A stretch of 14,348 nucleotides of DNA from Azolla caroliniana. Taxonomy: Eukaryota > Plantae > Polypodiophyta. The notes under the pieces were generated by a model. It worked only from the letters and a program-made list of their open reading frames with translations, had not been told where the DNA came from and made no database searches. Below are positions 10,373 to 14,348 of this stretch, piece after piece (the stretch's first letter is position 1; every line of letters starts with the position of its first letter). The stretch is from contig JBHGNT010000875.1 of assembly GCA_043228905.1 (NCBI GenBank), positions 1 to 14,348 of the forward strand, in the 5' to 3' direction. A program made the position numbers and the translations under genes.

Positions 10373-10712
10373 CTCTAGTCCAAGAAGTCGCACACGCCGA
10401 GGTCTCATAACTACTTTTTTTGATACAGTCACAAAATCACTGCTGCAGTGTATAATGACCTCAGTAATATTTTCCTCCTCAGAGTTCCTTGTTTCAAAGG
10501 TGCTGCTGATGCTGTGATCAATGAAAGCAATGCTTTGCTCATATTCTCTATCAATTATCTTGTGTTCTGCATTGGCAGCCTCTGGAATTGTGGATGGTTC
10601 TTTAATTGGTTTTCCAATCCTAATGCGCATCTTCTGTAACTTTCTATCTGTTTTCTGGAGTTCTTCAGGTAGTTCACTAGCCTCAGGAGAGGATTCTACA
10701 ATGGCTTTACAC
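10373..10712 (-). CDS. Internal exon of At3g07400-like protein
   Basis: gtgCAG|G acceptor (10713-10715) completes the split TG|G Trp; GAG|GTgatc donor; 340 nt. CKAIVESSP...LQKMRIRIGKP...VIIHCSSDFVTVSKKVVMRPRRVRLLGLE. Confidence 0.92.
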
Positions 10713-10771
10713 CTGCACCATAAAACACTCATAATGACATTATTACACCTTTTCCAGTATAGGGTTTAGGG

Positions 10772-10987
10772 TGATTGTATTTCTAATGCATGAAATAGTT
10801 GTATCATGACATTAGAATGTTTACAATCATCTCAAATACATGGTAGTTAAATATCTAATGCACGAAATAGTTACTTCTTGAATATCCTGCAAAATATACA
10901 TGATTACTTTAACTACATGATAATTGTATATCAAATGCATTGAAATAGTTACATCTTGATCTATTTTACAATAAGCATAATCACTTA
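10772..10987. repeat. Three degenerate ~72-78-bp intronic tandem units
   Basis: Core tc(t/a)aatgca..gaaatagtt recurs at ~10782, ~10854 and ~10931. Confidence 0.65.
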
Positions 10988-11023
10988 CTGACCATCTCAT
11001 GTGCATAAATAAGATAATCTTAC

Positions 11024-11304
11024 CACTGGCCATTGATCTGAGCTTTGACTAGTGTACATAAATGAAGCCCATAACCACACACATCAACTCTGAATGGGCT
11101 CTTCTTTTTCTCTCCTGGAATGCCAGTCCACCCAATCGGTATCAGAGATGTTGCACTGCATAATTCCAAGGGTTCGGCGATTCTACCAAGCTCAGTGATT
11201 GTCATTCCTGGAAGCCCAAGCCATTGTTGAAAGTGTGATAGATATGGACGACATTCATTCGGGGGTACATTGTCACACATACATATATCATATATCCTGT
11301 GAAA
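11024..11304 (-). CDS. Internal exon of At3g07400-like protein (5' boundary uncertain: 11304 or 11296)
   Basis: FHRIYDICM...SHFQQWLGL...ELGRIAEP...ATSLIPIGWTGIPGEK...RVDVCGYGLHLCTLVKAQINGQW; donor TG|GTaag at 11023. N-terminal lipase-domain exons are presumed upstream, outside the window. Confidence 0.88.
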
Positions 11305-11782
11305 CTTACAAAGAATCATAAGTCAAGCTCCTTACATATTAATATTTAAATGCGTGACTTTACAAAGAACAAAACCATACTGAAGTATATGGTTACTAAA
11401 AACATTGAACTTTCCACATTGCATTCAACGAGCAATTTGTGGTTTCACTACCACAAACAAATCACACTTACAAACATGAGCAGGGGTCACTAAAGATGCT
11501 AAAGCTCAAGTTGAGCATGCTCAAAAATTAATAAAAGCAAATGCTCCTTGGATAGGGGTAGTCAAAAAGAAAAAATGAGCACCCGTAGATATGTTGGAAG
11601 TGATGAATGCAACATTAGAAGAAGCTGCTAAAAAGAAGGGTCATGGGTTACACAAATAAGTTGGGTGGCTTAAAAGGAAAGCCCACAAAAAGATGTGGGA
11701 ATCTCGGACAAAGATCAAGGTATTGCATATTCCAATTGCTTTGGCATGGAGGGTGAAAGAAAGCTATATTTGCATCATTTAA

Positions 11783-11844
11783 GAGGCCAAAATGGGCTAT
11801 AAGACCGGACAAAAAATTACATCTTAAAATGTTGCTCGTCTTTT
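11783..11844. repeat. Dispersed short repeat, copy 4 (truncated)
   Basis: gaggccaaaatgggctataagaccggacaaaaaattacatcttaaaatgttgctcgtcttt. Confidence 0.75.
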
Positions 11845-11908
11845 AACACACGCACACATACATGCATCCATTTATATAAATGGTCCCCGAAAGGGATCCA
11901 GTTAGGCA

Positions 11909-11955
11909 GGGCCCGTAGCTCACAGGATTAGTGCACATGGCTACAAACCAGTGTC
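11909..11955 (+). pseudogene. trnR-ACG: Truncated, degenerate plastid-type tRNA-Arg(ACG) 5' fragment
   Basis: GGGCCCGTAGCTCACAGGATTAGTGCACATGGCTACAAACCA--GTGTC versus recalled plastid GGGCCTGTAGCTCAGAGGATTAGAGCACGTGGCTACGAACCACGGTGTC: 5 substitutions and a 2-nt gap. Anticodon is now ACA; T-arm and acceptor 3' strand are absent. Confidence 0.75.
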
Positions 11956-11970
11956 ATGTCAATTGTACCA

Positions 11971-12389
11971 TGTTATTCTCTGACCGGACAAGGCCTAACA
12001 CAAGGTGTCACGGAGACACTTCACCAAAGGGTGATTACGGCATAGGATTATGACTCAACGATTACACCGACTTAAGTAGGTTACACGATTAGATCGCTTT
12101 TGTTAATTACACGCGTAAGATATAACAGTAAGTACAGAACGGAAATCAACACAGAAGTATAAACACCATATGCTCTATTAATTATCCGCTGCGATTACAA
12201 TGGGGTCCGGGCCTTTAAATAGGTTTCCGGCCCGTAGTACAAAACGGTGCCTATCGCACCTATTCGGGATCCGTCCGGATCTGGAACGGCATATCGTTTC
12301 CAGTCCGTCCGTCCACACTATGCTTATTTACAACCATACTTAATTAATTCCTTCACTCCGTATTTTGGACTTCTTGCCGGCCGGTAACA
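11971..12389 (+). repeat. Candidate LTR (419 bp)
   Basis: Starts TGTTA (11971) and ends TAACA (12389), a 5-bp terminal inverted repeat, followed by a PBS. Predicted TSD is TACCA (11966-11970), unverifiable here. Confidence 0.65.
12212..12223 (-). promoter_or_regulatory. TATA-like box in the LTR
   Basis: Minus strand CCTATTTAAAGG followed by CCCCATTGTAA and AATTAATA; enclosed by the CGGGCC/GGCCCG inverted repeat. Confidence 0.4.
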
Positions 12390-12391
12390 CA

Positions 12392-12408
12392 TGGCACGCC
12401 CGTGGGAC
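12392..12408 (+). other. Primer-binding site complementary to the 3' end of tRNA-Arg
   Basis: TGGCACGCCCG-TGGGAC is a one-nt gap from TGGCACGCCCGGTGGGAC, the recalled complement of plant tRNA-Arg(UCU) 3' end plus CCA, a PBS type typical of Tat-clade elements. Confidence 0.75.
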
Positions 12409-12441
12409 AGTACCTTGTACGTCGAACCCTTCTCGGCCCCT

Positions 12442-14346
12442 TCATTGTTCACCCAAATTGTCCAAAATACTTTGTTCCAGAGTTTCCACTTGTTCTTCCG
12501 GTTGTGGTTGTTGCGGCTGGGCTTGCTGCTGCTGCTGTGGTTGCGGTTGGGACTGAGGCTGCTCCGGCTGCTCTATAGGCGGCTGCTCCGTTTGTTTCTC
12601 TGACTCCGGCATCTCCGTTTGACTGCTTCCGGTCCGGTCTCCTTCCAGTAACGGTTCCTCATCACTGAGGTTGACCGTAACCGGTTCTCGTGCTTTCTCT
12701 TCCCGGATCCGGGACCTCTCGTAGCTTTCAAACTGGATCTGCGCCTCCAGCCTGTCGTCGTCCAGCTGAGCTACAAGTTGCCGGACTTGCCCTAGTTGGT
12801 CCTCTGCCAAGGCTTGAAAGTCTTCGGCCAGCTCATCTCTTATGCCGGTGAAGTCTTCGGAAGTCAGCATATAGCAATCATCTCCCTCCTTCCGCCGGTT
12901 CTCTACGTCGGCCCGGAGCAATTGGAGTTCCGCCGCGTTCGTGGCCCACTTGGTCCACCATTTGACGGACCCGTTGTCAATCAAGCTCTTGGTCTGGTTC
13001 AACCAGGCCCGCATGATATCCTGGATACGACTTGCTCCCATTTGCGCTCTACTTTCCACAACTTGTCGTTCCTCCTTCAACTGCTTGATGAGATTAGCCG
13101 TATCCTCCGCCTGCTCTCTGTAGCGCGTCAGCTGCCCTTGATATGTTGTTTGCAGCCTCTGCAGTACCTCCGCCGCTCTTTCTTTTTCCGCCTGCTGTTG
13201 CCTGAGGAGCTCTGTCCGAACCTTCTCCGCCTCTTCCAACCGTCTTCTGGTTTCCGCTTGTTCATTAGCGTATGCCGTTGCGGTCCGATCAACTGCTTGC
13301 CGGAGCTCATCCGTCCGTTCCTTGTGCTCCGTTTGCAACCGTTTATACTCCCGGTGCAAGTGCTCAAATTCCTCCGTTTTTTGTTTGAGCTTGCCGTTGA
13401 TCTGGCGATGGTTCCGGTCCTCCCGGTCCTTTAGCTGCCGGAGTTCCTCTTTCAGGCGCTCTACTTCTGTTTCGGCGTTTCTCCGGAGCCTGTCCTTCTC
13501 TTGCAGCATTTTCTCCTTTTCCTCCTTGAGCCGGTCGTACGCTTGGTGGCCTTTTCGTAAGCTCTCCTCGGCCCGGCGTAGATTCTCAGCAGTCTTTTTA
13601 AGTTCTGCCTCCGCTGCCGTCTTCAACTCTCTTTCGCGGCTCCTCAGCGCTTCTTGGGCAGCTAGCTCATCCTTTAAGTCCGCAAGCTCTTGGGCTTGTG
13701 CCGCATTTCTCTCCGGAACGGTTTCCGTTGCCGGGGTCTGATTGCTATGTACAGGTTGATCTGACGCTTTATTCTGTACATTGCCCGGAGTCACCGGTGC
13801 TTGGACTTGTGTTGTCAAAGCCAATTGAGCCATTTCCCTTGTGACCCTGTCCAAGTCTTGTTCAAGGCTCCGGATTCTGGACCGGGCCGTCTCTAGATCT
13901 ACGGTTGTGACGAGCAACCGTTCGTGGTGCGCTCTCTCCTCCGCCTCTATGTACTCGACCGCTCCGGCGATCTGCTCGCCTACCCACCGTAGCCACATGC
14001 TACTGGTGCCTTGCTGCTGTACTGGTCGGGTCGGCTCGTTCACTGTGGAATTGTCTGGCCTGAGTGCCTGTATCTGCCGTTCTGGTTCTACTCCTTAGCC
14101 GCTGTGTGTGCTGGCTGGGCTCGCTGGCTGTTGAGTTCCGGTTCTCGCCGTCTCCGGAGCCGTTGGAATGACTTCTTGTATCAAGGCCGGTTCTATACGC
14201 ACCGGTTCCGGTTCCTCCCTTGTGGTTTGCTCAGGTTGAGTTGGGGGCGTTTCTTCCTTTTGCGGTTCCGAACGCTCCCCCGCTGTCCCGGCGGTCCTAC
14301 TTCTTGACCGTCGTTGGAGGTGCTCTTCTGGCTCCTCCGTTTCCTC
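12442..14346 (-). CDS. TE-borne antisense extra ORF: long coiled-coil protein with disordered P/E/Q-rich flanks; one in-frame TAA at 14095-14097; 5' end outside the window
   Basis: 533-aa ORF-track entry (GTG start at 14043). The same frame continues to the window edge (EETEEPEEHLQRRSRS...ASTHSG*GVEPERQ...) with a single stop. E/K/R/Q/L heptad-like region ~13040-13700, a Trp-rich block DIMRAWLNQ...KWWTKW, and a Q/P/E tail. Confidence 0.75.
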
Positions 14347-14348
14347 TT

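Larger units (their letters stand above)
11971..14348 (+). mobile_element. 5' part of a GC-rich LTR retrotransposon, probably Ty3/gypsy Tat-like (Arg-tRNA primed), in an intron of the lipase-like gene; continues beyond the window
   Basis: Shift to GC- and CpG-rich sequence; TGTTA...TAACA LTR candidate; PBS 2 nt after it; long antisense ORF. No gag/pol and no second LTR are visible in the window. Confidence 0.7.

Noticed and set aside
11909-11955. Functional tRNA gene
   Set aside because: No T-arm or acceptor 3' strand, and the anticodon is mutated.
11957-11970. Minus-strand TGGTAC next to the LTR as a Met PBS
   Set aside because: Match to TGGTATCAGAGC ends after 5 nt; the 17-nt Arg PBS on the other side is far stronger.
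12442-14043. Host myosin/SMC/tropomyosin gene
   Set aside because: Similarity would be generic coiled-coil only; no motor or ATPase motifs, intronless, and abuts a PBS/LTR.
12365-14307. Plus-strand ORFs as gag or membrane proteins
   Set aside because: Short L/S/C/F-rich mirror translations of the E/Q/K/R-rich antisense ORF; no gag motifs.

Overview
Eukaryotic land-plant nuclear DNA, not prokaryotic; the TE families look fern/seed-free-plant-like, which is an inference. Two host genes converge. On +, bases 42-174 are the last coding exon of a probable RluA/RPUSD2-family RNA pseudouridine synthase. On -, 6581-11304 holds the last five coding exons of an At3g07400-like 'lipase class 3' protein whose visible half is a P-loop GTPase-like domain plus a C-terminal hydrophobic anchor. 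Between the genes, a decayed LINE is split by a compact Ty1/copia element (2309-4772; 441-bp LTRs, CTTCT target-site duplication, Met-i PBS) that keeps gag and protease remnants but has lost integrase, RT and RNase H. The upstream intron of the lipase-like gene holds a degenerate plastid-type trnR-ACG fragment and the start of a GC-rich, Arg-tRNA-primed (Tat-like Ty3/gypsy) LTR element. Directly behind its PBS lies not gag but the 3' end of a >630-codon antisense coiled-coil ORF, the most unusual feature here. A ~60-150-bp dispersed repeat occurs four times in one orientation, and two introns contain degenerate tandem repeats. All family assignments come from motifs recognised from memory; no searches were run.
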